In this document: positions 46,280 through 56,350 of the stretch, piece by piece
How the letters are laid out: every line of letters starts with the position of its first letter
Numbering within the stretch: position 1 is the first letter of the stretch
DNA from: Candidatus Ancaeobacter aquaticus
GTDB taxonomy: Bacteria; Auribacterota; Ancaeobacteria; Ancaeobacterales; Ancaeobacteraceae
DNA: 60,881 nucleotides
Assembly (NCBI GenBank): GCA_030765405.1
Contig: JAVCCP010000060.1
Span: 1-60,881, forward strand
Reading direction: 5' to 3'
Program-made: the position numbers and the translations under genes
The notes under the pieces: model-generated
Seen by the model: only the letters and a program-made list of their open reading frames with translations
Database searches by the model: none
What the model was told of the DNA's origin: nothing

Positions 46280-47602
46280 GGAAAATTTTCTCTTCGGATA
46301 ATACTTATCTATTAAATTCTGTTTCATCAACAGTTCAGACGGTTCAAAGCACTCGGCAAGCGTTTGCCAGCACAAGTCAAGCGCGTCATTAAGAGGCATT
46401 GATACGTTTATATCAAGGAAACGTTTTTTGAAAAGCGTATCGTATTTCAGCAGCTTTTCGTCAAACGCAGACAACTCAAACGCCATAGCCTTTTTGCGCT
46501 CAGCCTCTTTACCGCTCGCGTAGAATCTGATCATGGTATTCATTATATGAGGATGGTCTTCGCGGGTAACCTTTCCGACAACATGTTGTTTCAAGCGGGA
46601 CAGTGAACCAAAAGGATCGATCATCTTATCGTGCAGGTAAAACTGCCCTTCGGTAATATAACCGGTATTGTCAGGCACGGGGTGTGTCAGGTCGTTTCCC
46701 GGCATCGTAGTTACCGTGAGAATCGTGACTGATCCGGCCCCTTTAAAATCACATGCCTTTTCATAACGCTTCGCAAGCTGAGTATACAGGTCCCCCATAT
46801 ATCCGCGTGTCGCGGGGATCCGTTCCAGCGCGATACCGAGTTCTTTCATAACATCAGCATAAGCGGTCATGTCTGTCAAAAGGACCAATACCCTCTTGTT
46901 CTCCTCAACTGCAAACTTCTCAGCAACCGCAAGGGCCATGTCAATCACAAGCAGTCTCTCCACTATCGGGTCAGAGGCAAGATTGACAAACATCGCCGTC
47001 TTATGAAAAACACCGTGTGATTCAAACGCGTTTCTAAAAAAATAGTAATCGTCAAAGATAAGTCCCATCCCCCCAAATACAACGATGTCCGCATCCGCTT
47101 GAAAACCTATGCGCGCAAGCAGTTCGTTATAAGGCTCACCAGCGACAGAGAAGATAGGTATCTTTTGACTTTCAACAAGACAATTAAAAAGGTCGATCAT
47201 TGGAACACAAGTCTGAATCATCTTATTCGGCAAGACACGCATCATCGGATTTACCGTAGGTCCACCTACAGGTATCATAGGATCACCCTTGAGAAGCGGT
47301 CCACCGTCAATAGGTTGACCGGACCCCCCAAAAATACGTCCAAGAATATTGTGAGAATAAGTTACTTCAAAAGGATGGCCGAGGAATCGTATCATTGCAT
47401 CGGTGGAAAGACCTTTTCCTCCGGTAAAAACCTGTAGACTTACCATATCACCGTTAAGTTCCACCACCGTGGCAAAAGATTTCTCACCGTCAACATTTTC
47501 AACAACGGCTATATCACCAAAGGCCACGTTATCCGCTTTGACCCTGATCAAATCGCCAACGATATCACAAATACCGGTATAACGTACAAGCACATCCGTC
47601 AT
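46274..47602 (-). CDS. ntpB: V/A-type ATP synthase subunit B
   Basis: SQKIPIFS, LTDMT and PDNTGYITEGQ motifs. Confidence 0.95.
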   Translation of the reverse strand: MTDVLVRYTGICDIVGDLIRVKADNVAFGDIAVVENVDGEKSFATVVELNGDMVSLQVFTGGKGLSTDAMIRFLGHPFEVTYSHNILGRIFGGSGQPIDGGPLLKGDPMIPVGGPTVNPMMRVLPNKMIQTCVPMIDLFNCLVESQKIPIFSVAGEPYNELLARIGFQADADIVVFGGMGLIFDDYYFFRNAFESHGVFHKTAMFVNLASDPIVERLLVIDMALAVAEKFAVEENKRVLVLLTDMTAYADVMKELGIALERIPATRGYMGDLYTQLAKRYEKACDFKGAGSVTILTVTTMPGNDLTHPVPDNTGYITEGQFYLHDKMIDPFGSLSRLKQHVVGKVTREDHPHIMNTMIRFYASGKEAERKKAMAFELSAFDEKLLKYDTLFKKRFLDINVSMPLNDALDLCWQTLAECFEPSELLMKQNLIDKYYPKRKFSA

Positions 47603-47740
47603 AAAATTTCACCTCTGTTTTTAATGAGAGTTATACTCAAAGTAATGTAATGCTAAACGCGGTATTAATTCTAAATGAAAGGATGACTTTTGTAAACGAT
47701 ATTCCAAAGTTTTGCAAGGGGTAAAAAGGACCACTGCAAC

Positions 47741-48088
47741 TCAAAAAAGTAGTTTTGCAACTACAATCTTAGGCTTGACCTTGATTTCGGAAAACACAAA
47801 CTGGTTCTCTACCATTTCTAAAATCCCTTCGGCTTCACTTTCATAACTTAAAAATTCAAAATTGTCTCTCTGGGCATAGTGCAGTAAGGTAGTCTTAATG
47901 CAAATATTAACTGAGGCAACAAATAACTCTTCCAGTGTCCACATACCTTCATGTCCTTTAAATTCCGGAGGAGTAGATACTTCAATCGCTGGTTTACCGG
48001 ATGAACATAAAATCCTTTTCTTTTCTTCAGTCTAGGATACTGTTGTTCTATAAATAAATTTTTAGCTTTTCTGTCTCAGATTTTCCAT
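47741..48088 (-). pseudogene. OsmC-family pseudogene
   Basis: YRTTVS*TEEKK..GKPAIEVSTPPEFKGHEGMW; in-frame TAG where the family usually has Trp, a 5' frameshift and a truncated 3' end. Confidence 0.75.
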
Positions 48089-48128
48089 TTCACGACTTCC
48101 TTAAATCTTTTTCATTTTTTAAATTTTT

Positions 48129-48335
48129 CTAAAGATTACATGTTCCATCAGGACAACTTGGCCCGGAAGAACCGGACCCGCCGCCAGAACTTCCCACACT
48201 AAATGCTCCCGGTATCTTTTCAATATTTTTACTGCCGCACTTTTTGCATTTAAGCTCTGTTTTTTCAGCGGTTACTCCTACCAATAAGTCAAATTTCTCT
48301 TTGCATTCCCTGCATATATAGGTATATATGGGCAT
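48129..48335 (-). CDS. FmdB-family zinc-ribbon protein
   Basis: MPIYTYICREC..CKKCGS; RBS GGGAG. Confidence 0.85.
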   Translation of the reverse strand: MPIYTYICRECKEKFDLLVGVTAEKTELKCKKCGSKNIEKIPGAFSVGSSGGGSGSSGPSCPDGTCNL

Positions 48336-48351
48336 ATTACACTCCCTGTCT

Positions 48352-48555
48352 TTAATCAATAAACTGCTTAATCTTTATTTCAATATTTTGCTTAGGTGCA
48401 ATACCTATAATACTTTCCACTATCTTACCCTCTTTAAAAACTGCCAATGTAGGAATGCTCATTATTCCATAACGAGATGCCGTATTAGAAGCCTCATCCA
48501 CATTTATCTTGCATACTTTTAATTTGCCCTGATACTCCCTGGCAATTTCTGGAAA
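48352..48555 (-). pseudogene. Thioredoxin C-terminal half (WCxxC site missing)
   Basis: Manual translation PEIAREYQGKLKVCKINVDE..YGIMSIPTLAVFKEGKIV..GIAPK. Confidence 0.8.
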
Positions 48556-48606
48556 AATATCATAATAATTATACCTGAGGCTACGCCAAATATAGCAATA
48601 AAACCT

Positions 48607-49254
48607 TCATACCGTAATCTCACTGCCCGCGCCGCCCTCTATAAATTTTTCCGGATAAAGCTTTTTTATCCTTTCTTTATGTTGAGTGCAATGGGTAGCG
48701 CAGATTAAATCTAAATCCTTAATCAAATCAAAATCATTGAATCCATGCAGCCCTCCGATTAAGGCAATTACTTTTCCATACTGTTTTGCACTGTTCAGGA
48801 TATTTCCAACACCCGGGTGGGAACAGCCAACAATGACAACTAAACCTTTATCAGTTTTTACTATCATGGATTGTTCTATCCCGTTAAGCTGGCCTGTCGA
48901 GAAAATGTTTTCATACATTTTTACAGTGTCTTTAACCCTGATTACTTCCCTGGCTTTGGGTTTGGTAAAAGAAAAAAAGGAATCAGGAAGATACAATTTA
49001 ATATCATCATTAAGCTTTAAAAATGCTTTCAGACCACCGGTATGATCCCAATGATCATGGGAGATAAAAACACAATCTATATTTTTGGGATCAATATTTA
49101 ATTTTTCTATATTATGCAAAAGAACTGAACCCCTTGCTCCTGCATCAAAAAGAATTCCAGGGGTACGTTCGGTTTCTATCAGACAGGAAAATCCCCATTC
49201 CTTCCTTAATTCCGGCTTGTGTGCCGTGTTATCGGAAATTATGGTAATTTTCAT
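48607..49254 (-). CDS. MBL-fold metallo-hydrolase
   Basis: WGFSCLIE, SHDHWDHTGG, GCSHPG and GGLH motifs. Confidence 0.88.
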   Translation of the reverse strand: MKITIISDNTAHKPELRKEWGFSCLIETERTPGILFDAGARGSVLLHNIEKLNIDPKNIDCVFISHDHWDHTGGLKAFLKLNDDIKLYLPDSFFSFTKPKAREVIRVKDTVKMYENIFSTGQLNGIEQSMIVKTDKGLVVIVGCSHPGVGNILNSAKQYGKVIALIGGLHGFNDFDLIKDLDLICATHCTQHKERIKKLYPEKFIEGGAGSEITV

Positions 49255-49292
49255 TCTCTCCTCCTTTTTAAATTAAGCATTTCAACAATTAT

Positions 49293-49865
49293 CTAAATAA
49301 GAGCTTGTTTCCTGAAATTTAATATACAGCCTTCATTATAATTTTCATCGTGTAAAAGCCTTTTTGAAGATTTATGTTCGAGAACAAAACCTGCCCCCTC
49401 TATTTCTTCTATAACCTTTTCCAAATCAACATTAGCTAATTCCATTAAGGGATAATCTTCCTTATGATGCTTGGGATAAACGGAAAAAAGGCCTTCCTTC
49501 TTTAAGATGTTGTGAACTTCATTATAAATCGCAATTCTTTCTTTTCTGTTTCCGTAATGAATAACGTCATAACATAAAACCACATCAGCAGAATCACCTT
49601 TTAAAATGACTTTTGAATTTTCGCTTATTCCCTCAATGTTTTTTATATTGCCTTGTTGTATCAACTTTTTCAATTGATTAAAACTGCTCATATCTTTATC
49701 CAGCGCATACACTTTACCACGCCTACCCACCGCTTTTGATGCAGGGATGGTATAATGACCAACTCCCGAGCCAAAATCTAATACAGTATGGCCCTTCTTA
49801 ACGCCAATTTCCCGTAAAAACTTCAGCCCGTCTTCTTCCATCCACTTTTTTAGCTCTGTTTTCAT
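49293..49865 (-). CDS. Class I SAM-dependent methyltransferase
   Basis: VLDFGSGVG and VYALD motifs. Confidence 0.85.
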   Translation of the reverse strand: MKTELKKWMEEDGLKFLREIGVKKGHTVLDFGSGVGHYTIPASKAVGRRGKVYALDKDMSSFNQLKKLIQQGNIKNIEGISENSKVILKGDSADVVLCYDVIHYGNRKERIAIYNEVHNILKKEGLFSVYPKHHKEDYPLMELANVDLEKVIEEIEGAGFVLEHKSSKRLLHDENYNEGCILNFRKQALI

Positions 49866-51223
49866 TTTTCCGTATTATTATGAAGAGTTTCAAACGCCTT
49901 TTCCGCAGCTAAAGATAACGGTTCAATGCCGGGGTTAGATGATAATTCCGGCTGTCCGGCACATCTTAAAGTCATCAAATCTAAAGCAGTCAGACCGCTC
50001 CTTATTGCCAACGCTATAAGATCTATATGCTTAACAGGGCACTCACTATCACTAACTATCTGGCCGCCTATAATCTTCTCTGTTTGTCTGTTAAACAGGA
50101 GTTTAATTACATAAGGTTTTTTGCCTATCATCTCAGAATGTTTGCTTATTGAATTCTGCCTTGCGCTAATTATATCGATCCCATTTTCTTTTGATTCTGA
50201 TTCCGTAATTCCCGTTCCGGCAATCGACTTATTGTAAAACTTCGTTGTAAAACTGTTAAGCAAAGGCGGAAATTTTAGCTTATATCCTAAAATATTCCTG
50301 GCAATTATTCTGCCGGCAATTACCGCATTTGGACGTAATTGTCCAAGTATGGGTTTGCCGGTAATATGGCTTTGATACTGGACGAGATCCCCTCCGGCAT
50401 AGATATCGGGGTCAGAGGATTGCAGGTAATTATCCACCCGCAATCCTAATTTTCCCATATCAAGACCTGCTTTTTCCGCTAATTCACTATTTGGCTTAGC
50501 TCCGGCTGAGATGATTACCATTTCCGCTTTTACCTCTTTACCTGAAGAAAACAACACTTTCTCTACTTCGCTTTTACCTTCAATTGCCTTTACCTGTTGG
50601 CTTAACTGCAAATCAATGTCCTTTTCTCTCATATATGTCTCTACTTCTTCACTCATATCCGCATCTAATATATTCTGCATAACGTGTTCAAACATTTCAA
50701 CCAATATAACGTTTACACCATGCCGGGAAATTAAATAAGCAATCTCTATTCCTATAGCACCGGCACCTATTAATACAAGGTTCTTTACCCGCCTGGAATT
50801 TATCCAATGCAGAATATTGACAGCATCCGCGCTTGTCCGCAAGAAGAAAACCCCAGGTAGGTTAACACCTGGAATAGGCGGAATTACCGGCTTTGCCCCT
50901 ACTGCTAAAACAAGCTTATCATACGAATAATCTTTTCCATCGGCAGTTGTCACTGCCTTTTCTCCTCTGTTTATACCCACCGCTTTGACATCTACCAATT
51001 GTATCCCCTGGCTTATGAAAATATTATCATCTTTATATGAAGGCTCTACCATAACGTTTCCGCAACAGATATAAGGTATCACACACCTGGTCAAAAGCCC
51101 CTTTTCCTCCTGTTCCCTAATTATGGTTACATGTAAAGAGGGGTTTAATCTCTTTAAGGTTCGCGCTGCTAAAGCACCGCAACCTGAACATCCTATGACT
51201 ACTACTTTGTTCAATTGACTCAT
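49862..51223 (-). CDS. FAD-dependent pyridine nucleotide-disulfide oxidoreductase (NADH oxidase/CoA-disulfide reductase-like)
   Basis: VIGCSGCG, RCVIPY redox Cys, IGAGAIGIE and IYAGGD motifs; GGAGG RBS before ATG 51223. Confidence 0.88.
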   Translation of the reverse strand: MSQLNKVVVIGCSGCGALAARTLKRLNPSLHVTIIREQEEKGLLTRCVIPYICCGNVMVEPSYKDDNIFISQGIQLVDVKAVGINRGEKAVTTADGKDYSYDKLVLAVGAKPVIPPIPGVNLPGVFFLRTSADAVNILHWINSRRVKNLVLIGAGAIGIEIAYLISRHGVNVILVEMFEHVMQNILDADMSEEVETYMREKDIDLQLSQQVKAIEGKSEVEKVLFSSGKEVKAEMVIISAGAKPNSELAEKAGLDMGKLGLRVDNYLQSSDPDIYAGGDLVQYQSHITGKPILGQLRPNAVIAGRIIARNILGYKLKFPPLLNSFTTKFYNKSIAGTGITESESKENGIDIISARQNSISKHSEMIGKKPYVIKLLFNRQTEKIIGGQIVSDSECPVKHIDLIALAIRSGLTALDLMTLRCAGQPELSSNPGIEPLSLAAEKAFETLHNNTEK

Positions 51224-51244
51224 TTCTGCCTCCAAGCTATTCTT

Positions 51245-51354
51245 TTAATAAACGTCGCAGTCCGCCATAACTTTGTTTTCAGCTAAGGCGGAAAACGCGT
51301 CTGTAATTACCGTTTTCCGGTTCCGACTTTTCCACTGGCAATTGAAATAATCAT
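51245..51354 (-). pseudogene. N-terminal remnant of a MinD-superfamily P-loop ATPase (COG1149-like)
   Basis: MIISIASGKVGTGK, one-base frameshift, then VITDAFSALAENKVMADCDVY*. Confidence 0.75.
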
Positions 51355-51358
51355 ACAA

Positions 51359-52000
51359 TTAGATGAGCCGATGATACGCTATTCCTATTTCTTGATATCT
51401 ACCATTATGCCTATCTATATTAAACCCCTTGCCCTGTAAATATCTCATTATGTTATCCAAGTCAACATCGCCGCATTGATGCACCCGTCCTTCATGTTGA
51501 TGAACCTTGTTTGCTACTTCTAATCCTTCTTTACTAAAATCGCTTAAAATAATTTTACCTTCAAAAGAAACAATTCTTATTAACTCATCTATCACTTTAA
51601 GCGGATTCATAAGATGGTGCATCATGTTGACTGAAAATATTATATCAAAGCTTTCATTTTCAAAGCTTAAATGTTCGGCGTTTTCTATCTTAAAATCCAC
51701 TTGTTTCTCAAAACCAAAATATTTTACGTTCTGGCGGGCAAGATTTTGTTCTTCTTCTAAAATATCAATGCCGGTAAATGTATATCCTTCTTTTGCTAAA
51801 GCAACCGTTAAATAACCTTTTCCTGTTCCAACTTCCAATATGTCACCATATAGAGGTTGGGCCTCTTCTATAATAAAGTTACGTTCCTTCTCAACGTCAT
51901 AACTAAATTTCTTGAAGAGATTTATTCTTCCTGAATATCTTTTGTAGTTTTCAGCTGCTTCTCTTTCCAAATTTACTACCTGCCCATCCGTGTTCCACAT
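51359..52000 (-). CDS. Class I SAM-dependent methyltransferase (exact start uncertain)
   Basis: ILEVGTGKG and NAEHLSFENESFD motifs. Confidence 0.88.
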   Translation of the reverse strand: MWNTDGQVVNLEREAAENYKRYSGRINLFKKFSYDVEKERNFIIEEAQPLYGDILEVGTGKGYLTVALAKEGYTFTGIDILEEEQNLARQNVKYFGFEKQVDFKIENAEHLSFENESFDIIFSVNMMHHLMNPLKVIDELIRIVSFEGKIILSDFSKEGLEVANKVHQHEGRVHQCGDVDLDNIMRYLQGKGFNIDRHNGRYQEIGIAYHRLI

Positions 52001-52197
52001 TTAGGGCAATTCACGTTATAACAAGGAACACCTACCTGATGCGGAACTTTTGCTCCACAACTCGGGCAAATACAATTTCCAGCGGGCCCGGCTCCGGGAC
52101 GATTTCCACCCATTCTACCCTTGCCGCCGCCACGGCCCATACCCCTTCCTGTTCCCGGGCCTTGTCCAAGCAGTCCTGCTCCATCTCCAAACGGCAT
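51976..52197 (-). CDS. Gly-rich DUF5320-like protein with a Cys-rich zinc ribbon
   Basis: GPGTGRGMGRG; CICPSCG..PC..CPKCG; AAGGAGG RBS. Confidence 0.8.
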   Translation of the reverse strand: MPFGDGAGLLGQGPGTGRGMGRGGGKGRMGGNRPGAGPAGNCICPSCGAKVPHQVGVPCYNVNCPKCGTRMGR

Positions 52198-52223
52198 CTT
52201 ACACCTCCTTTCTGTTTTTAATT

Positions 52224-52242
52224 GTTAATGATAACCATTATC
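52224..52242. promoter_or_regulatory. Fur box
   Basis: GTTAATGATAACCATTATC matches 17/19 of the GATAATGATAATCATTATC consensus. Confidence 0.75.
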
Positions 52243-52243
52243 A

Positions 52244-52271
52244 ATAATATTCATGATCATATTTTTGTCAA
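52244..52271 (-). promoter_or_regulatory. Sigma70 promoter of the redox operon
   Basis: TTGACA-16-TATTAT directly upstream of the Fur box. Confidence 0.65.
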
Positions 52272-52310
52272 GTTTTTTTCTAAGGAGATACACGAAACTC
52301 TCTTTTTAAC

Positions 52311-52643
52311 GTGAGTAGATGTAAATATCTCATGCTCGCCAGTGATAATTCTATATTTCCGAGCATTGTTAAGAACCTGGACGATACAAACGGTGCAAAA
52401 ATGATCTACTCGATGTGGAAAGGGTATCTAACCGAAAAGTTAAATGGATATTGCAACCAGGAGAAAATAGAGATTGAAGACGTTCACACGAGCGGACATG
52501 ACTCCGTGGAAGATCTGCAGGCTTTTGCAAAAGCCATTAATCCGAAGATGCTTGCCCCAATCCACACCTTCTCAGCTGATAAGTTTGTCGATCTGTTTGA
52601 TAATGTTAGACTTGTTAATGACGGGGATGTTATAATTATATAG
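52311..52643 (+). pseudogene. C-terminal fragment of an RNase J-like MBL/beta-CASP protein
   Basis: YSMWKGY, VHTSGH and PKMLAPIHT motifs; catalytic N-terminal MBL domain absent. Confidence 0.75.
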
Positions 52644-52665
52644 TAGTTGTTAAATTGCATATCCG

Positions 52666-52851
52666 TTGGGTGTAGGAAACCTGGACCAAAAAAGAGAGAG
52701 AATTAAGTGTTCCGTCCCCAGAACTATAGATGAATATAGAAATAACAAAGTAAAATACGCTTTTGATAAGATTAAAGACAGATCAAAAGATAATCCTAAA
52801 AGAAGCATTGCTTATGTGAAGGGTATATTAAGGATGAGGGTAAAGAAATGA
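52666..52851 (+). other. Possible gene fragment (weak DnaD-domain-like AYVKGIL)
   Basis: Short ORF with a poor start codon; weak motif only. Confidence 0.2.
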
Positions 52852-53846
52852 TAATCGGTGCATATATTTTAATTATTTTATTATGTGTTTTTATAGCATG
52901 TTTTATTCATTATAAATTATGGAGGTCTCATCTTGTTAAAAGACTGGAACAAAGGAGCAGTATTATTAAAACAGCAATGGGCGAAGTTGAATATATAATT
53001 ATAGGCCCTGCCGATGGACCAATATTATTAATCTCCCACAGCGGCGGAAGCGGTTATGATAATGTCTTTTTGTATGATTTTCTGGTAAATGAAGGATTCA
53101 GGATAATCTGTCCGTCAAAACCAGGTTATCTTAGAACCTCTTTAAAAGTCGGAAAGACTTTTGAAGAACATGCTGATATGTTCGCATCTTTGCTTGATTG
53201 CCTCGGTATTCATGAAAAAGTAGCGATTTTAGGTGTATCGTTAGGAGGACCCGCTGCATTGCAATTTGCCCTGAGGCATCAGGAACGTACAGCATGCCTG
53301 ATTATGCAGGATGCAGTAAGCCACGAATATCATGCAAGCAAAGAGGCAGAAAATTCTATTTTAGGAAAACTTTATCTCTCTAGTTCAGGTAGAAAGTTTT
53401 TAAGCTGGCTGATGAGTGTATTCACATATTTATGGCCAAAACAAACCTTTGCAACATACCTAAAGGTAGAGACACTTTATGATAGAAAACAGATAAAAGA
53501 GATAGTAAATGAGATTATGAAGAGCCATAAGGAGACAAAAAAATTCAAGCAATTTGCGGATATGTCAGCCCCTTTAGATTTGCGCGCAGTTGGAATGGAC
53601 AATGAAATGATTTATGCCTCAAAATTGCCGAGGTATCCTCTTGAGAATATTAAAGTCCCTGTTTTGGTTACTCAAAGCAGGATGGATAGAGATGTGGCTA
53701 AATCACATGGCGATTTCGTAGGAAAAACCGTAATAAACGCAGAGACTTATTATTTTGACGGATGTGGACATATGTTTTGGTTTGGCGATGAGTGGCCTAA
53801 GATAAAGACAAAACTTATCGAGTTTTTGAAAAAATATATGAAATGA
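52848..53846 (+). CDS. Membrane-anchored alpha/beta hydrolase
   Basis: N-terminal TM; PSKPGY, GVSLGG and GCGH motifs. Confidence 0.85.
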   Translation: MIIGAYILIILLCVFIACFIHYKLWRSHLVKRLEQRSSIIKTAMGEVEYIIIGPADGPILLISHSGGSGYDNVFLYDFLVNEGFRIICPSKPGYLRTSLKVGKTFEEHADMFASLLDCLGIHEKVAILGVSLGGPAALQFALRHQERTACLIMQDAVSHEYHASKEAENSILGKLYLSSSGRKFLSWLMSVFTYLWPKQTFATYLKVETLYDRKQIKEIVNEIMKSHKETKKFKQFADMSAPLDLRAVGMDNEMIYASKLPRYPLENIKVPVLVTQSRMDRDVAKSHGDFVGKTVINAETYYFDGCGHMFWFGDEWPKIKTKLIEFLKKYMK

Positions 53847-53871
53847 ATAATTAAAAAATGGAAACCTAATT

Positions 53872-54807
53872 ATGTTCACTGGCAATCGCCTAACCGAAGT
53901 ATTCAAATCATCAAAGGAAATTCTATTTGATGATTCATCTAAATTTATTTTATTTAGTGATTGTCACCGAGGTGATAATAGTTTGGCAGATGACTTTGCT
54001 CATAATCAAAATATCTTTTTTTATGCATTGAATTACTACTATAACAACGGATTTGCCTACATTGAAATCGGAGATGGAGATGAGCTTTGGGAAAACAGAA
54101 GATTTACTACTATAAGAAATGCATATAGCCATATATTTAAGCTAATGAGTAAGTTTCATCGGGATAATAGATTTTATTTTATCTGGGGAAATCACAACAG
54201 AAAATGGAAAAATCCGAAGAACGTCAAGAAACACCTTTACAGCTATTATAACGAGCGCAAAGATTGCCATGAACCGCTATTTGAAGGTATTGAAACACAT
54301 GAAGGTTTAATCCTTCAATATTCGGATACAAAAAATAAAATATTCCTGACACATGGACATCAGGGACAAATTTTAAATGACTTTCTTTGGTGGTTTGGAA
54401 GGTTTTGTGTTAGTACTATCTGGAAACTTCTTCAGTCAATCGGAATTGAGGACACTACCAGCCCGGCAAAGAATTTCAAAACACGTATAAAGATTGAAAA
54501 AGAAATCAGTAAATGGGCAACGAATAACAATCAAATCATAATAGCAGGTCATACTCACCGTTCAGTATTCCCTAATCCTACCGAACCACCATATTTTAAT
54601 ACCGGCAGTTGTGTACACCCACATTGCATCACAGGGATTGAGATACAAAACGGTAAGATTGTACTGATAAAATGGTCTATCAATATCAAGCCTGATGGCA
54701 CAATGTATATTGATAGACAAGAGTTAGTGGAATCAGAGAAATTGAATAAATATTTTTGGAAAAGGGATCAGCTCAGCGCTCCCATTTTCCCTCCGCTGAA
54801 TAACTGA
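53872..54807 (+). CDS. Calcineurin-like metallophosphoesterase
   Basis: SDCH, GDGDE, GNHN, THGH, AGHTH and NTGS motifs. Confidence 0.9.
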   Translation: MFTGNRLTEVFKSSKEILFDDSSKFILFSDCHRGDNSLADDFAHNQNIFFYALNYYYNNGFAYIEIGDGDELWENRRFTTIRNAYSHIFKLMSKFHRDNRFYFIWGNHNRKWKNPKNVKKHLYSYYNERKDCHEPLFEGIETHEGLILQYSDTKNKIFLTHGHQGQILNDFLWWFGRFCVSTIWKLLQSIGIEDTTSPAKNFKTRIKIEKEISKWATNNNQIIIAGHTHRSVFPNPTEPPYFNTGSCVHPHCITGIEIQNGKIVLIKWSINIKPDGTMYIDRQELVESEKLNKYFWKRDQLSAPIFPPLNN

Positions 54808-54924
54808 TAAACGTCTAAAAAGTAATATAATGTGTCTGTCCCTTTTTATATTTCTTAGCATAAATAGAATTTTTCTCCGCTTGCTCAAAACTCATAAATA
54901 ACTCCTTTTCAACTATTAAATGTA

Positions 54925-55224
54925 TTAATTCTTTTTTAAACCTTCATTGCATTCAGCAATTAAATCTTCATAAAAATCCTTATTAGTTTTTTCTTCAGCT
55001 AGATTAAGCGCTGCTTTTAACATCTTTATCGCTTCATCCGGAAAATTCTTACAATAAGCCATTTGTCCGCAAATAAAGAAAAATTCACCTAGTTCACTTT
55101 TTGATAATTTCTTTAAGTCTTCTTTTTTAATCGAATTCATTAACTTATCTACCTTATCTAACTTTTTATCGCTGCCATCCATCATTAAATCGTAAACTTT
55201 CTGAACTGTTTTCATTACATTCAT
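54925..55224 (-). CDS. Putative immunity protein paralog 3 (short, TPR-like)
   Basis: First ~75 aa highly similar to the two upstream paralogs, then directly the terminal helix. Confidence 0.75.
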   Translation of the reverse strand: MNVMKTVQKVYDLMMDGSDKKLDKVDKLMNSIKKEDLKKLSKSELGEFFFICGQMAYCKNFPDEAIKMLKAALNLAEEKTNKDFYEDLIAECNEGLKKN

Positions 55225-55235
55225 AAAACATCTCC

Positions 55236-55277
55236 CTACTTATCAGTTCTCAACTGATCCGCAAAATCCACAGCCTA
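55236..55277 (-). pseudogene. Orphan copy of the last 12 codons of the RHS tip
   Basis: TAG-AVDFADQLRTDK* versus RHS QTMDFADQLRTDK*. Confidence 0.8.
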
Positions 55278-55367
55278 TAATAAAGGGGACGCTCACCTTT
55301 TAAGAAATGATCTGTCCTATGACAAACCTCATCGAGGTAGAGATAACGTACTATTGCTTCTTAAAAA

Positions 55368-56168
55368 CTAGGTGTGACCTTTCTTTTTCTGTTTATTAAA
55401 ATAAACTTCATCTTCTTTGCAATCTTTAATCAATCTCTTAATGTATCCTTTATCTTCCTTGCTTTTAGCATATTTTAACGCTTCTTTATATTTTTCAATT
55501 GCTGTTTTAAAATCTCTATCATTTTCCCAACTCATATGACCTAAATACATATATACACGCCTAACAACCCAATTTGGTGCTTTCTTGGCTTTTATTACTT
55601 TATTAGCATATTCCAATGCCTTGGATTTTTTACGCAATTTCCAATAACATATTACTAAATCAGACAATGTCATATAATAATATATATCTAAATTTGAATT
55701 ATTCTTATACATATACATATACATATTCATAATCTTACCGCACAAATGAATAGATTCTTTATATACTCCCAAATCATTAAAGCAAATAACTAACTTAGCC
55801 AATATTTTTAAACGTCTTTGTTTTGTTATATTCTTAACATTTAATCCATCAATTAAATACTCTTTTGCAGTATTATAATCTTCTTTATCAACATATGACG
55901 ATCCTATGTAAAATAATGCATCCGCTTTTTTCTCTTCATCAATCAATTTAAGTGCTGTTTTTAACATCTTTATTGCTTCATCTGGGAAATCTTTATAATA
56001 AGCCATTTGTCCGCAAATAAGGGAAAATTTACCTAATTCAGTTTTTGATAATTTTTTTAAGCCTTCTTTCTTAATCGAATTCATTAACTTATCTGCCTTA
56101 TCTAACTTTTTATCGCTGCCATCCATCATTAAATCGTAAACTCTCTGAACTGTTTTCATTACATCCAT
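55368..56168 (-). CDS. Putative immunity protein paralog 2 (TPR)
   Basis: Shared N-terminus MDVMKTVQRVYDLMMDG; TPR helices. Confidence 0.8.
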   Translation of the reverse strand: MDVMKTVQRVYDLMMDGSDKKLDKADKLMNSIKKEGLKKLSKTELGKFSLICGQMAYYKDFPDEAIKMLKTALKLIDEEKKADALFYIGSSYVDKEDYNTAKEYLIDGLNVKNITKQRRLKILAKLVICFNDLGVYKESIHLCGKIMNMYMYMYKNNSNLDIYYYMTLSDLVICYWKLRKKSKALEYANKVIKAKKAPNWVVRRVYMYLGHMSWENDRDFKTAIEKYKEALKYAKSKEDKGYIKRLIKDCKEDEVYFNKQKKKGHT

Positions 56169-56179
56169 ATAACATCTCC

Positions 56180-56350
56180 CTACTTATCATTCCTTAACTG
56201 ATCCACAAAATCTGTAGCCTGATCCATTATTTTAACAGCATTATTTATTGCTCGACCTGTTTTTGTCTTGTACTTATCCTGTTGTGGATTTATCTCATTA
56301 ACTTTTTTATCTATGTAATCACGATTTTTCTATGGAGATACTGGTTTGGG
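56180..56350 (-). pseudogene. Orphan 171-bp copy of the RHS C-terminal tip with an in-frame amber
   Basis: Collinear with 57196-57366: KPVSP*KNRDYIDKKVNEINPQQDKYKTKTGRAINNAVKIMDQATDFVDQLRNDK*; GAG>TAG at 56330-56332. Confidence 0.88.
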
